From Candidatus Limnocylindria bacterium (GTDB lineage Bacteria > Chloroflexota > Limnocylindria > QHBO01), in the NCBI GenBank assembly GCA_035697845.1, contig DASSCI010000060.1, positions 1,813 through 65,812 of the forward strand: a stretch of 64,000 nt of DNA. Reading direction: 5' to 3'. The notes beneath the pieces are model-generated. The model made no database searches. It had not been told where the DNA came from and saw only the letters and a program-made list of their open reading frames with translations. Below are positions 54,994 through 64,000 of this stretch, piece after piece. How positions within the stretch are numbered: the stretch's first letter is position 1; each line of letters begins with the position of its first letter. The translations under genes and the position numbers were made by a program.

Positions 54994-56949
54994 TTAATCG
55001 TCTCGGCCGCCGGCGAGCTCCACGAACGCGTCGAGCGAGGACGGATTCGCCAGCGAGCCGCGCGAGGCGGCGACGTCGGGACGCGTGCCGGTCAGGATCC
55101 GCTTGACCGGCACCTCGAGCTTCTTGCCCGACAGCGTGCGAGGGATCGATGGCACGGCGAGGATCTCGTCGGGCACGTGGCGCGGCGAGAGGGAGGATCG
55201 GAGCTCGCGCGACAGCCGCGCGCGCAGCGCATCGGTCAGCTGGCAGTCCGGGCGGAGGGCGACGAACAGCAGCAGCCGGTCACCGCCGTCCAGGTGCACG
55301 ACCAGCGAGTCGGCCACGTCCGCATCGGCCTCGACGACCGCGTAGAACTCGGCCGTGCCGATCCGCACGCCGCCGCGGTTGAGCGTCGCGTCGGAGCGGC
55401 CGCTGATCACGCACGAGCCGCGCTCGGTGAACGTGATCCAGTCCCCGTGGCGCCACACCCCCGGCCATTCGTCGAAATAAGCCGCGCGATACCGCTCCCC
55501 GGAGGGGTCGTTCCAGAACGAGACCGGCATCGACGGCATCGGCGCGGTGATCACGAGCTCGCCCTGCTGACCCACGAGCGGCCGCCCGTCGGGCGAGTAG
55601 GCCTCGATCGCGCAGCCCAGGTGACGGCAGCTGATCTCGCCCTCCCACACCGGCACCAACGGCGAGGCACCCACGAAGGCGGTGCACACATCGGTCCCGC
55701 CGGACACCGACTGGAGATGGACCGATGGGCTGATCGCGTCGTACACGTAGCGGAAGCCCTCGACCGGCAGCGGGGCGCCGGTGGAGCCGATGCCGCGCAG
55801 GCGCGAGAGGTTGGCGACCTCGCCCGGGCGCAGCCCCTCCTTGCGGCAGGCCATCAGGTACGGCGCGGACGTGCCGAAGTACGTGAGCCCCTCCTCCTCG
55901 GCCAAGCGCCACAGGAAGCCGAGGTCGGGGTGGGCCGGTGACCCGTCGTACAGCACGATCGTGGCGTCGACGGCGAGGCCCGACACGAGGTAGTTCCACA
56001 TCATCCACCCGGTGGTGCTGAACCAGAAGAACCGGTCCTTCGGCCCAAGGTCGTGGTGGAGCGCGTGGATCTTGAGGTGCTCGAGCAGGATTCCCCCGTG
56101 GCCGTGGACGATCGGCTTCGGCAGTCCGGTCGTGCCCGAGCTGTACAGCACGAACAGCGGATGGTCGAACCCCACCTCGGCGAAGGCCAGCTCGGCGGGC
56201 GTCGCGCGCAGCTCCGCCCAGCTCAACGCATCGGGCACGATGCCGGTGCCGAGGTAGGGCAGCGCCACCGTCGCCGCCAGGCTCGGCAGCGCCTCGCGGA
56301 TGGCGGCCACCTCATCGGTCCGGTCGAGGTCCCGGTCGCCGTAGCGGTAGCCGTCGATGGTCAGGAGCACCTTCGGCTCGATCTGGCTCCAGCGATCGAC
56401 GACCGAGCGCGTCCCGAACTCGGGCGCGCAGCTCGACCACACAGCACCCAGTGAAGCGGTTGCCAGCAGGCCGATGACTGCCTCCGGCACGTTTGGCAGG
56501 TAGGCGGCCACCCGATCGCCCGGCCCGACGCCCAGCCGGGACAGCCCGGCGCGCACCCGCGCGACCTCGTCGCGCAGCCCGGCCGCGGTCATCGCGATGC
56601 GCTCGCGCGTCTGTGAGCGCGCAACCAGCACGATCTCGTCGTCGCGGCGGCCGGTGAGGCGCAGGCAGTGCTCCGCCCAGTTCAGCGTCGCCTCGGGGAA
56701 CCACCGTGCACCCGGCATGTGCCGCTCGGCGAGTGCTGGTCCGGGGTCGTCGGACGACACCTCGAAGTAGCGCCAGACCGATGACCAGAACGCGTCGAGC
56801 TCCTCGATCGACCACGCCAGGAGCGCGTCGTAGTCGTCGAAGCGAAGGCCGCGCTCGCGCTCCAGCCAGGCGAGGTATGCGCCAACCCCGGTGCGCTCGC
56901 GAACGTCCGCCGGCGGTGACCACAGAACGGCAGGCTGTCGAGGGTCCAT
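54994..56949 (-). CDS. Acetoacetyl-CoA synthetase (acetoacetate-CoA ligase).
   Basis: Conserved N-terminus MDPRQPAVLWSPP, AMP-binding motif YSSGTTGLPKPIVHGHGG, and C-terminal SGKKLEVPVKRIL. About 650 aa after trimming 48 codons. Confidence 0.85.
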   Translation of the reverse strand: MDPRQPAVLWSPPADVRERTGVGAYLAWLERERGLRFDDYDALLAWSIEELDAFWSSVWRYFEVSSDDPGPALAERHMPGARWFPEATLNWAEHCLRLTGRRDDEIVLVARSQTRERIAMTAAGLRDEVARVRAGLSRLGVGPGDRVAAYLPNVPEAVIGLLATASLGAVWSSCAPEFGTRSVVDRWSQIEPKVLLTIDGYRYGDRDLDRTDEVAAIREALPSLAATVALPYLGTGIVPDALSWAELRATPAELAFAEVGFDHPLFVLYSSGTTGLPKPIVHGHGGILLEHLKIHALHHDLGPKDRFFWFSTTGWMMWNYLVSGLAVDATIVLYDGSPAHPDLGFLWRLAEEEGLTYFGTSAPYLMACRKEGLRPGEVANLSRLRGIGSTGAPLPVEGFRYVYDAISPSVHLQSVSGGTDVCTAFVGASPLVPVWEGEISCRHLGCAIEAYSPDGRPLVGQQGELVITAPMPSMPVSFWNDPSGERYRAAYFDEWPGVWRHGDWITFTERGSCVISGRSDATLNRGGVRIGTAEFYAVVEADADVADSLVVHLDGGDRLLLFVALRPDCQLTDALRARLSRELRSSLSPRHVPDEILAVPSIPRTLSGKKLEVPVKRILTGTRPDVAASRGSLANPSSLDAFVELAGGRDD

Positions 56950-56956
56950 GCGGCCG

Positions 56957-59098
56957 ATGATGCCAGAAGCCCGGCGTATGCTCGGCACCATGCTCGTCGC
57001 CGTGCTCGCGCTGGCTCTCGCGGTGGGCGGCCCTATCGCCGCGCCCCCGGCGCCACTCGCCATCGGTGCCGTGCCGGACGAGCCGGGCGCCACGTTCCTG
57101 CCCGACGACGAGCCGACCTACCAGGCGGTGGCGGCCGACCTCGATGGCGACGGCGCACGCGACGTGGTGCGGCTGGTCGGCGCCGAGCGAGGCTCGATCC
57201 GCGCCGAGGCGTGGACGGTCAGCGAGGAGACCTGGACGCCGATGGCCGCAGCGGTCGACGTCATTCCGTCCCGACCCAGCGGCGACCAGACCAATCCCGT
57301 CTTCACCGGCACCCCGGTCCGCCTCATCGTGCGCGGCATCCATGGCGCGGATCGCGTGACCGTGGTCCGCCAGCCGCGCTTCGACGACGCCGATGCCGAC
57401 GCCGAGTGCTGCCTCCAGCTCCACGACCTCGTCCTGGCCGGCGACCAGCTGTCGCTGGTGCCGGTTGCCGTCCCGGCGACGAGCGTCGGCGCGGTCGCGG
57501 CCATCGACTTCGACGGTGACGGGACCGATGAGCTGCTCGCCTCGCGGTCGCTTCCGCCGCTGGGCGACATCGGCTTCCCCTCGGAGCTGAGCCTGTACCG
57601 ATGGAACGGCGAGACCTTCGATGCACCGACGATCAGCCAGATCCCGATCGGCTCGGGCGACACGCCGTTCGCTCTCGGCGACAGCGACGGCCACCAGGGT
57701 GAGGAGGCGGCCGTCATCAGCACCATCGGGCGCCCGGCGCTCTATCGCCTGACGATCGACGAGGCGGATCAGGTCCGCGTCGAGGATGCCGGCCTCGTCG
57801 CGACCGATGCCCTTGCCGTGTCGATCAACGGCGCCCGCGGCATCGCCGTCATCGGCCCGACGGTCGATCTGGCCGTCATGACGTGGCGACGCGACGGCGC
57901 GCCGGAGACGATCGCCAGCCTGCCGCTCGACGACGCCACGCTGCTCGGCTCCGTCGACATCGGCGGTCAAGCCCACCTGGTGGTGCGCCAGGCGGACCCC
58001 GAGGCGCTGCACCTGCTCAGGCTGCCGCACCTGCAGCCGTCGCTCGGCAACCCGGTCACCCGCAGTCCGGCGGCCGCAACGCTGGCGTCGAGCGCACTGA
58101 AGCCATTCGTCGGACCGATGCCGGGCGGCGGCCTGGATGGCGCGGCGGCGGTGGTCTACGCGGGGCGGTTGCTGCCGTCACCGGATCGCGCGGATGCGCC
58201 ATTCCGAACGCTGGACACGGCGATCCTGGCCAGCCTCGCCGGTGCGGAGCCGGTGGGGCTGGTCGGCCCGGACCGCTCGTGGCTGGCGCTCCTGCACGCG
58301 CCGATGCCGCTCGGCTCGATCGACCCGCGCGGCGGCCGCCTCGACCCACCGGTCTTTCCGCCCGCGTCGGGCGTCAGCGTGGCCCCCGTCGAGCAGTCAC
58401 GCACGCCAGAGACCGACGACGGCGCCTTCGACCCCGCCCTGGAGGGCGCCGTCCAGCTGCCCGGAGTCGACGTCGGCGCCCCACCGACCGGGTTCCGCAT
58501 CCGGGTTGCGGCGCCGCCCGGATCGCGGGCGTACGTCACGGTGGCGGACCCGTCGGTCGCGGGTCCCGTGGTCGTCGTCCCCGACGACGGCGTCGCGCTC
58601 GTCCCGGTCGTGCCCCCGCAGGGAGTGCCCTCTCCGGCGTTCCGGGCGACGCTGACGCTCGCGACCCCCGCCGGCCACGGCTACACGGCGAGCTGGGACA
58701 TCCGCGTGCTCGGCGAGCCGCCGCCGCTCCAGGCGTCCGTCTCGACGTCCATCGGCTCACCGACGGTCGACGTCACCGGGCAGACCGTGACGTATGCGAC
58801 GGTCAGCGTTGACGGCCACTCGGTGCTCGTCGGCAGCGACGGTCGATTCTCGACGTCGGTGCGGGCACCGCCGTGGCCGACGGACATCGAGGTCGTCGCG
58901 ACCGACCCGTTCGGACAGGCGGCGCGAACATCGGTCAGCGGTATCGGCTTCCTCGACTATCGCGCGCTGCCGTGGGTGCCGATCGCCGTCGTCCTCGTCG
59001 CGATTGCCGGGATCGTGCTCTTCCTGCGCGTGCCGCGGCCGACGCCGCTTCCACGACGCGCCGATGATGCGGTGCTCGAGGAGATCGACCCCGACTGA
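56957..59098 (+). CDS. Secreted FG-GAP-repeat-like protein with a C-terminal transmembrane anchor (paralog B).
   Basis: Signal peptide MLGTMLVAVLALALAVGGPIAA. ADLDGDGARDVV and IDFDGDGTDELL loops. C-terminal FLDYRALPWVPIAVVLVAIAGIVLFLRVPR. The whole length aligns to paralog A. Confidence 0.6.
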   Translation: MMPEARRMLGTMLVAVLALALAVGGPIAAPPAPLAIGAVPDEPGATFLPDDEPTYQAVAADLDGDGARDVVRLVGAERGSIRAEAWTVSEETWTPMAAAVDVIPSRPSGDQTNPVFTGTPVRLIVRGIHGADRVTVVRQPRFDDADADAECCLQLHDLVLAGDQLSLVPVAVPATSVGAVAAIDFDGDGTDELLASRSLPPLGDIGFPSELSLYRWNGETFDAPTISQIPIGSGDTPFALGDSDGHQGEEAAVISTIGRPALYRLTIDEADQVRVEDAGLVATDALAVSINGARGIAVIGPTVDLAVMTWRRDGAPETIASLPLDDATLLGSVDIGGQAHLVVRQADPEALHLLRLPHLQPSLGNPVTRSPAAATLASSALKPFVGPMPGGGLDGAAAVVYAGRLLPSPDRADAPFRTLDTAILASLAGAEPVGLVGPDRSWLALLHAPMPLGSIDPRGGRLDPPVFPPASGVSVAPVEQSRTPETDDGAFDPALEGAVQLPGVDVGAPPTGFRIRVAAPPGSRAYVTVADPSVAGPVVVVPDDGVALVPVVPPQGVPSPAFRATLTLATPAGHGYTASWDIRVLGEPPPLQASVSTSIGSPTVDVTGQTVTYATVSVDGHSVLVGSDGRFSTSVRAPPWPTDIEVVATDPFGQAARTSVSGIGFLDYRALPWVPIAVVLVAIAGIVLFLRVPRPTPLPRRADDAVLEEIDPD

Positions 59099-59113
59099 TC
59101 CGGTCGGCGCCCT

Positions 59114-62008
59114 TCAGCCGCCCCGGCGGCGCCGCGCCAACCGCTCGGCCAGGGTCTCCCGGCCATCTGACGCGTCGGCCGCCGGCGCTTCCGCCGCAGG
59201 TCCGGGCGCGGCACTCGGGACCGGCTCCGTTCGAGCCGCCGGCTGCTGACGATCGACGACGCGTTCGGCCCGACGCTGGCTGCGGCCGCGCGCCGCGCGC
59301 AGCTCGGCAAGACCCGGCACGGCCTCCGGCACCGCCGCACCGAGGCCCAGACGGCGCGCCAGCCAGGCGCGCGCCCGGCGCGCGTCGGACCGTGAGAGGG
59401 CGACGCGTCGCACGCCGATGTCGAGCGGCACGAGCACGATGGCGAGGATGAGCAGCCACGGCCAGACCGGCGTCGGGAACGCGCCGGCCGCGATGTCATG
59501 CGCCCAGACCGCCGCGCCCGCTTCGTCGTCGGCCAGGGCGAGCTGCCGGCCGCCTCCTGCGCTGGCGTACCGCGCCAGCGCATCGGCGTCGACGCCGAGG
59601 CGCCGGTACTCCTCGGCGGCGGGCGAGACGACGCCCAGCGTGCGGCTGGCGGCATCGGTGAAGCCGGGGCTCTCGAACGTCTGCGCGATGCGCACGAGGT
59701 AGGCGCCCGGGTCCTCGGCTCGAATCGAGCCCGCGTAGCGCCCCGGGCCGACCTGCTCGAGCACGGTCTGCGCCGGCTCCAGGTCGGGCGAGACGAGTCG
59801 CAGCACGGTTCGATAGAAGTTGCGCGGACCGGCATCCTCATCGAAGGACGTGACCTCCACGTCGACGTCGCCGCGCTCCCCGGGCGAGAAGCGCACGTCG
59901 ATGCCCTCCGCGTCCTGCGGCGGCAGCGTCCACGCCACCAGCTGGGCGGTCAGCGTCCCGAACTCGGGCGTGCCGATCCAGGGCGTCGCCCACTGCTGTC
60001 GCGCGTCGGAGGTCCAGGCCGCGGCGCGGCCCAGGCCGTACTGCCACTGTGCCAGCAGCGGATCCTCGCGAGCGGTGAGCAGCGCCACCGTCGCCGAACC
60101 CTTGGCGGTCGTCGCGTTGTAGCCGAGCAGCTGAGGCAGGCGCCCGGCGTCGAGCCCGTCGAGGATCTCCGAGGATGCGGACGGGACCGGCTGGAACGCC
60201 TCCTCGACGATCTGCTCGCCGGCGGTCCGAATCGTCTCGCGCAGGAAGATGTCGGGAATGGTCGTCGCGTCGGCGGCATCGTAGTAGCGGCCGCCGGACT
60301 CCTCGGCCAGCCGTCGCAGGATCTGCGCCGAGCCACCTCCGGTGCCGATGGTCGACAGGGTGATGCCGGCGGCCTTCATGTCGTCGAGCAGCTCGTCGTA
60401 GGCGCCGTGGGTCGACCAGCCATCGGTCAGCAGGATGATGTGGCGCAGGCTGGCGGGGTTGTTGACGAGGTCGTCGTAGGCAGCCTTGAGCCCCGCGAAG
60501 ATGTTGGTGTTGCCATCGGCCGCAAAGCCGAGCCCGGCGTCGAGCGCGCCGAAATCGACCGGCGCCGTCCGAACCGCCCAATGCGCGTTCTGGTCGAACG
60601 TCACCACGCCGAGCTGGTCTGACGGGGCCAGCGCCTCGGCGGCGCGGATGATCGCCTCGCGCGCAACGTCGACCTTCTCGAAGCCGCGCGTCTGCGACGT
60701 GGCCGTGTCCCGCGAATCCCCGGTGCAGTGGCAATCGGCCATGCTGCCCGACTTGTCGACCACGGCGACCATGGCCACGTCCGGCGAGCGCTCGCGGTCA
60801 CGAACGGTCATGTACACCGGCAGGGTCTCCTCGAGCGGCGTGTCGAGGTAGCCGCCCGCGCCGAAGCTGTTGCGTCCGCCGAGCATGACGAGGCCCTTTC
60901 CGAGGTCACGCACGTACACCTGGAGCGACGCCATGGTCGTGTCGCCGAGCGCGGACGCGGACACGTCGTCGAGCACGATCGAGTCGTATCCGGCGAGCGC
61001 GGTCAGCGACGACGGCACGCCCGTCGACGGCACGACGTCGACTTCGAGGCTGCCCTCGCCCAGCGACGTGATCAGGTCGGCGGCGCGGTGCGCATCGTCG
61101 GTGGCGACCAGGACGCGAGGCTCGCCGGTCACGAGGACATAGGCGTCGGCGGCGTTGTTCTCGCCGAAGCGGTCGTCGTCGGGCTCGATCACCGCGCGAA
61201 AGACGTGGAAGCCGCTCTCGCCGGCGGTCACCGAGAACGGCACGGCGATGATGCCCGGCTCGAGCTCCAGCTCACGTGTTGCGACCGTGGCGCCGTCGGC
61301 CAGGAGGCGCAGCGTTGCGGTCGTCGTGATGGTCGACCGCAGTCGAGCCACGAGGTCGATCGTCTCGCCGACGCGCGCGCCCGACGGCGCGTCGACCGCA
61401 TCCACCAGCGCCTCGGCCGCGGTGTCGTCGGCCGGCGTGACGACGTCGAGACGGATGCCTCGAGCGACGGCCGCGGCGATCGCATCGGCGGCCTCGCCGG
61501 AGGTGTCGTTGCCGTCGGACAGCAGCACCATCCGCTGTTGCGTGCCCGCCGGAAGGATGGCCGCCGCGAGGCGCACGGCGGCCGCGACGTCGGACGCTCC
61601 GGCGACCGGCCGCGACGCCGGGGTCGCAAGCTCGTTCAGCTCGGACGGCAGGCGATCGACGAGTGCGTCGGCGCCGAAGACGACGACGCCGGCGGTGTCG
61701 CCCTCGGGCTTGTCGCGGACCGATGCGCGCGCCCAGTCGACCAGCTCCTCGCTCGTCGCATCGAGCATCGACGCCGACGCATCGAGCAGGAAGACGACGC
61801 TCAACCGATCCGACGGCAGCGCCAGCCGGATGCCGGCCAAAGACAGGACCAGGCAGGCGACGAGTGCCACCCGGATGAGCAGCGACGCCACCCGGCGCCC
61901 GGCCGGGAGCGTGCGAGAGGCGGCCATCCAGCCGATGGCGACGATCGCGACGGCGGGCACCGCCAGCCACAGCCACGCTGGGTCGCTGAAGTTGACGGGA
62001 GCGCTCAC
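59114..62008 (-). CDS. Large BatB-like VWA-domain membrane protein (two VWA-like regions plus a DUF4159/glutamine-amidotransferase-like region).
   Basis: GTG 62008 overlaps the upstream stop (GTGA). N-terminal transmembrane helix. VWA VVFLLDASASMLD and a second VVDKSGSM...ILLTDGWST. C-terminal transmembrane helix. Confidence 0.7.
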   Translation of the reverse strand: MSAPVNFSDPAWLWLAVPAVAIVAIGWMAASRTLPAGRRVASLLIRVALVACLVLSLAGIRLALPSDRLSVVFLLDASASMLDATSEELVDWARASVRDKPEGDTAGVVVFGADALVDRLPSELNELATPASRPVAGASDVAAAVRLAAAILPAGTQQRMVLLSDGNDTSGEAADAIAAAVARGIRLDVVTPADDTAAEALVDAVDAPSGARVGETIDLVARLRSTITTTATLRLLADGATVATRELELEPGIIAVPFSVTAGESGFHVFRAVIEPDDDRFGENNAADAYVLVTGEPRVLVATDDAHRAADLITSLGEGSLEVDVVPSTGVPSSLTALAGYDSIVLDDVSASALGDTTMASLQVYVRDLGKGLVMLGGRNSFGAGGYLDTPLEETLPVYMTVRDRERSPDVAMVAVVDKSGSMADCHCTGDSRDTATSQTRGFEKVDVAREAIIRAAEALAPSDQLGVVTFDQNAHWAVRTAPVDFGALDAGLGFAADGNTNIFAGLKAAYDDLVNNPASLRHIILLTDGWSTHGAYDELLDDMKAAGITLSTIGTGGGSAQILRRLAEESGGRYYDAADATTIPDIFLRETIRTAGEQIVEEAFQPVPSASSEILDGLDAGRLPQLLGYNATTAKGSATVALLTAREDPLLAQWQYGLGRAAAWTSDARQQWATPWIGTPEFGTLTAQLVAWTLPPQDAEGIDVRFSPGERGDVDVEVTSFDEDAGPRNFYRTVLRLVSPDLEPAQTVLEQVGPGRYAGSIRAEDPGAYLVRIAQTFESPGFTDAASRTLGVVSPAAEEYRRLGVDADALARYASAGGGRQLALADDEAGAAVWAHDIAAGAFPTPVWPWLLILAIVLVPLDIGVRRVALSRSDARRARAWLARRLGLGAAVPEAVPGLAELRAARGRSQRRAERVVDRQQPAARTEPVPSAAPGPAAEAPAADASDGRETLAERLARRRRGG

Positions 62009-63960
62009 GGGGCGCGGCCGCCCAGCGGCTGCGGGCGCCGGCCGAAGGCGCGTCGCAGGCTGCGTCGCGTCGGCCGGTGGAAGAGCAGCCACTCGACCGC
62101 CAGCAGGGCCAGCGCAGCGAGCGCCAGCGGCCACCACCACTCGGCGCGGGCCGTCTGCGCCGGTCGCTCCTCACCGGCCGTGACGCGGCCCATCTCCACC
62201 AGGCGTTCGGCGTCGCCCGGCGCGATATCGGACTCGTCGCTGCTGAACAGGTTGACGGCCGTCGATCCGAGCAGCGCGCCGGCACGCTCGCGGTCCTCGT
62301 CGTCATCGGCGACGCGAAGCTCACGCACGCCGACGGCATCGGCTGCTGGCAGTGTCACCCGACCGCCCACGACGGGCAGCTCCGCGCTCGTGGTGCGGTC
62401 GCCGTTGCTGGTGCTGAGCACGACGCGCTCGAGGCTCGGGTCGACGTTCACGGCCAGGGATGCGCCGAGCGGCATCGACGACGGCAGCACGCCCTCCGCC
62501 GTGGGCAGGAGGAAGTCGACCAGGTTGCTGGTGAGCAGTGGGAAGGCGATCTGCAACGGCAGATCCGACTCGTCGAGGTCGAAGCCGATGAGGCCCAGGC
62601 GCGACCCCCCGACGTCGCCGGCCGCCACCAGCGGCGACCCGCGCGTGCTGGTCACCACTGCACGGAGGCCGTCGGCGAGCTGGACCTGCCGCGCGCGGCC
62701 GACGTGGACGCTGGAGAGGTCGACGAACCGGAGCAGTGGCTCGTCGGGGTCGGGGCGGTCGATGGCCGGCGCCTCCTCCCGCCCATCGACGCTCCCGAAG
62801 GCGCCGTCGGACGGCGGATCGACGTACAGCGCGGGAAGGCGCGGCGCGTCCTCGGGGACGATCCCGTCGAAGACGATCAGCCCGTACGGCGTTCCGGCCG
62901 CGTCCGCCTGGTCCAGCGCATCGGCGTAGCCGCCCTCGCCCACGGCGTACAGCTCGAGCCGCGGCAGCAGGGCGAGCGCGTTCTCCAGATACGCGCTGCC
63001 ATCGCCGACGAGCAGCGCGCGGGTCGTCTGCTCGGCCGGCACGATGGCGAAGGCACGGTCGTCGGCCGCAAGCGCATCCGTGCCGGACAAACGCGCCTCG
63101 ATGGTGCCCGCGGCCGCCGGAACCGTCCCGATCAACGCCTCCGAGCGCTGCCCCGCCGGGATGTCCAGCTCGCGAGCGTCGACGAGCGCGCCGTCGGCAT
63201 AGATCTCGAGGCGTCGCGTGGCATCCGCGGCCGAGGGATTCGTCACCGCAACGAACAGGTCGAGCTGCGCACCGCCCGCCCGCCGGAGCGCCGACAGCGC
63301 CGAGATCGCCTGGTTGGCGTCCGTCGAGCCAACGCGCTCGACCAGGACCGGCGCCCCGACGCCGGTCGCCGGCAGCTCGTCACCGGCGGCATCGGTGACG
63401 ACGACGATGGTCGAGTCGCTGTCGCGCGCGGCGAGCGCCGACGACAACGCGAAGGCATCGGTCAGGTCGCCCTCGAGCTGCGTTGGGCCGATCCGCGCGA
63501 TCGCCTCGAGCGCTGCGTCGGTGTCGTGGGTCTCGCTGACCATCACCGTGGCGCTGTCGGCCGCGGCGACCACGGTGATCCGCCCTCCCTCCGGCAGGCG
63601 CTCGACCACGTCCCGGGCACGCGCGCGCGCCAGCTCCGCCCGATCCTCGTCGTCCGTGCGGGTGGACATCGACGCGCTCGTGTCGACGATGAGGACGACG
63701 TTGGCGGCGAGGTCCGATTGCGCCGTGCTGAACGGTCGCGTGGCGGCACCGACGACGATGGCCGCGATGAGCAGCTGCACCAGCAGCAGCCAGCTGAAGC
63801 GAAGCCGCTGCCACGGCGCGTTGGCCTCCACGTCGCGAACCAGCTGCTGCCACAGGAAGGTCGAGCCGACCGGCAGGTCGCGCCGCCGCAGGCGCAGCAT
63901 GTAGAAGGCGACGATGATCGGCAGGCTGATAAGGCCGATGAGGGCCAGGGGCGCGATCAC
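62005..63960 (-). CDS. BatA-like VWA-domain protein (aerotolerance-operon type).
   Basis: GTG start 63960 after GGAGGA. BatA N-terminal signature MIAPLALIGLISLPIIVAFYMLRLRRRDLP. VWA VVLIVDTSASM. C-terminal transmembrane helix. Confidence 0.75.
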   Translation of the reverse strand: MIAPLALIGLISLPIIVAFYMLRLRRRDLPVGSTFLWQQLVRDVEANAPWQRLRFSWLLLVQLLIAAIVVGAATRPFSTAQSDLAANVVLIVDTSASMSTRTDDEDRAELARARARDVVERLPEGGRITVVAAADSATVMVSETHDTDAALEAIARIGPTQLEGDLTDAFALSSALAARDSDSTIVVVTDAAGDELPATGVGAPVLVERVGSTDANQAISALSALRRAGGAQLDLFVAVTNPSAADATRRLEIYADGALVDARELDIPAGQRSEALIGTVPAAAGTIEARLSGTDALAADDRAFAIVPAEQTTRALLVGDGSAYLENALALLPRLELYAVGEGGYADALDQADAAGTPYGLIVFDGIVPEDAPRLPALYVDPPSDGAFGSVDGREEAPAIDRPDPDEPLLRFVDLSSVHVGRARQVQLADGLRAVVTSTRGSPLVAAGDVGGSRLGLIGFDLDESDLPLQIAFPLLTSNLVDFLLPTAEGVLPSSMPLGASLAVNVDPSLERVVLSTSNGDRTTSAELPVVGGRVTLPAADAVGVRELRVADDDEDRERAGALLGSTAVNLFSSDESDIAPGDAERLVEMGRVTAGEERPAQTARAEWWWPLALAALALLAVEWLLFHRPTRRSLRRAFGRRPQPLGGRAP

Positions 63961-64000
63961 TCCACGATCCTCCGGCGCCTCAGGACGTCGAACAGCAGAT
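63957..64000 (-). CDS. 3' end of an upstream gene running past the window edge. It is possibly the DUF58-type gene that usually precedes batA.
   Basis: Open frame ...LFDVLRRRRIVE-stop, with TGA overlapping the batA GTG (GTGA coupling). Only 14 codons are visible. Confidence 0.25.
   Translation of the reverse strand, partial: LLFDVLRRRRIVE

Noticed and set aside
60728-62929. 733-aa forward ORF across the BatA/BatB genes.
   Set aside because: It is antisense to two VWA-motif-containing genes and has low-complexity Arg/Gly composition.

Overview
This is a 64-kb, very high-GC (about 70%+) chromosomal segment typical of Actinomycetota, densely packed with about 60 protein-coding genes. I found no rRNA, tRNA, CRISPR array, transposase or integrase. 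Most long reverse-strand ORFs in the six-frame track are GC-driven shadow ORFs of the genes called here. I also trimmed N-terminal extensions on several track ORFs to starts that have a Shine-Dalgarno motif or a 4-bp ATGA/GTGA overlap with the upstream gene.

The window divides into eight blocks:
- 1-2515: a pair of dynamin/IniA-IniC-like membrane GTPases; the first is 5'-truncated by the window edge.
- 2594-4694: a DUF1801 protein and two tandem class-III nucleotidyl cyclases carrying different N-terminal sensor modules (cupin and zinc ribbon).
- 4715-17120: a large GntR-controlled locus for uptake and hydrolysis of cyclic amides (hydantoin or dihydropyrimidine type). It has a 9-gene translationally coupled minus-strand operon (NitT/TauT-type ABC transporter, cupin, hydantoinase, LLM oxidoreductase, MFS transporter, amidase). 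Diverging from the regulator gene are a second hydantoinase paralog and an M20 carbamoylase-like hydrolase.
- 17137-25644: membrane and secreted proteins with Pro/Thr-rich linkers, an ABC-2 exporter flanked by small acidic proteins, a GNAT acetyltransferase and a PAC2-family protein.
- 25652-31132: a roughly 1180-aa zinc-ribbon/adenylate-cyclase/STAND-ATPase/TPR protein and a DEAD-box RNA helicase.
- 33065-37286: a repeat-rich island of three copies of a roughly 150-bp palindromic unit around an HTH_XRE/PD-(D/E)xK-nuclease-like gene, followed by a 677-aa VWA protein and an APH-fold kinase.
- 37588-50131: two more LLM oxidoreductases, a flavin reductase, a DppA D-aminopeptidase, a GcvT-like protein and a polyamine-type potABCD transporter. 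The transporter sits beside a class-III aminotransferase and an unusual MerR+XRE+cupin regulator.
- 50566-63960: an acyl-CoA dehydrogenase, two paralogous FG-GAP-like membrane proteins bracketing an acetoacetyl-CoA synthetase island, and a BatA/BatB-type VWA pair that continues past the window end.

The items most worth a second look are listed here, with full detail in the findings. No single classic defence or mobile system is evident.
- The repeat-flanked HTH-nuclease gene.
- The VWA protein with no MoxR partner, sitting next to an APH-fold kinase.
- The paired dynamin-like GTPases.
- The STAND-cyclase.
- A small arginine-rich ORF with a strong terminator hairpin in the leader of the acyl-CoA dehydrogenase gene.
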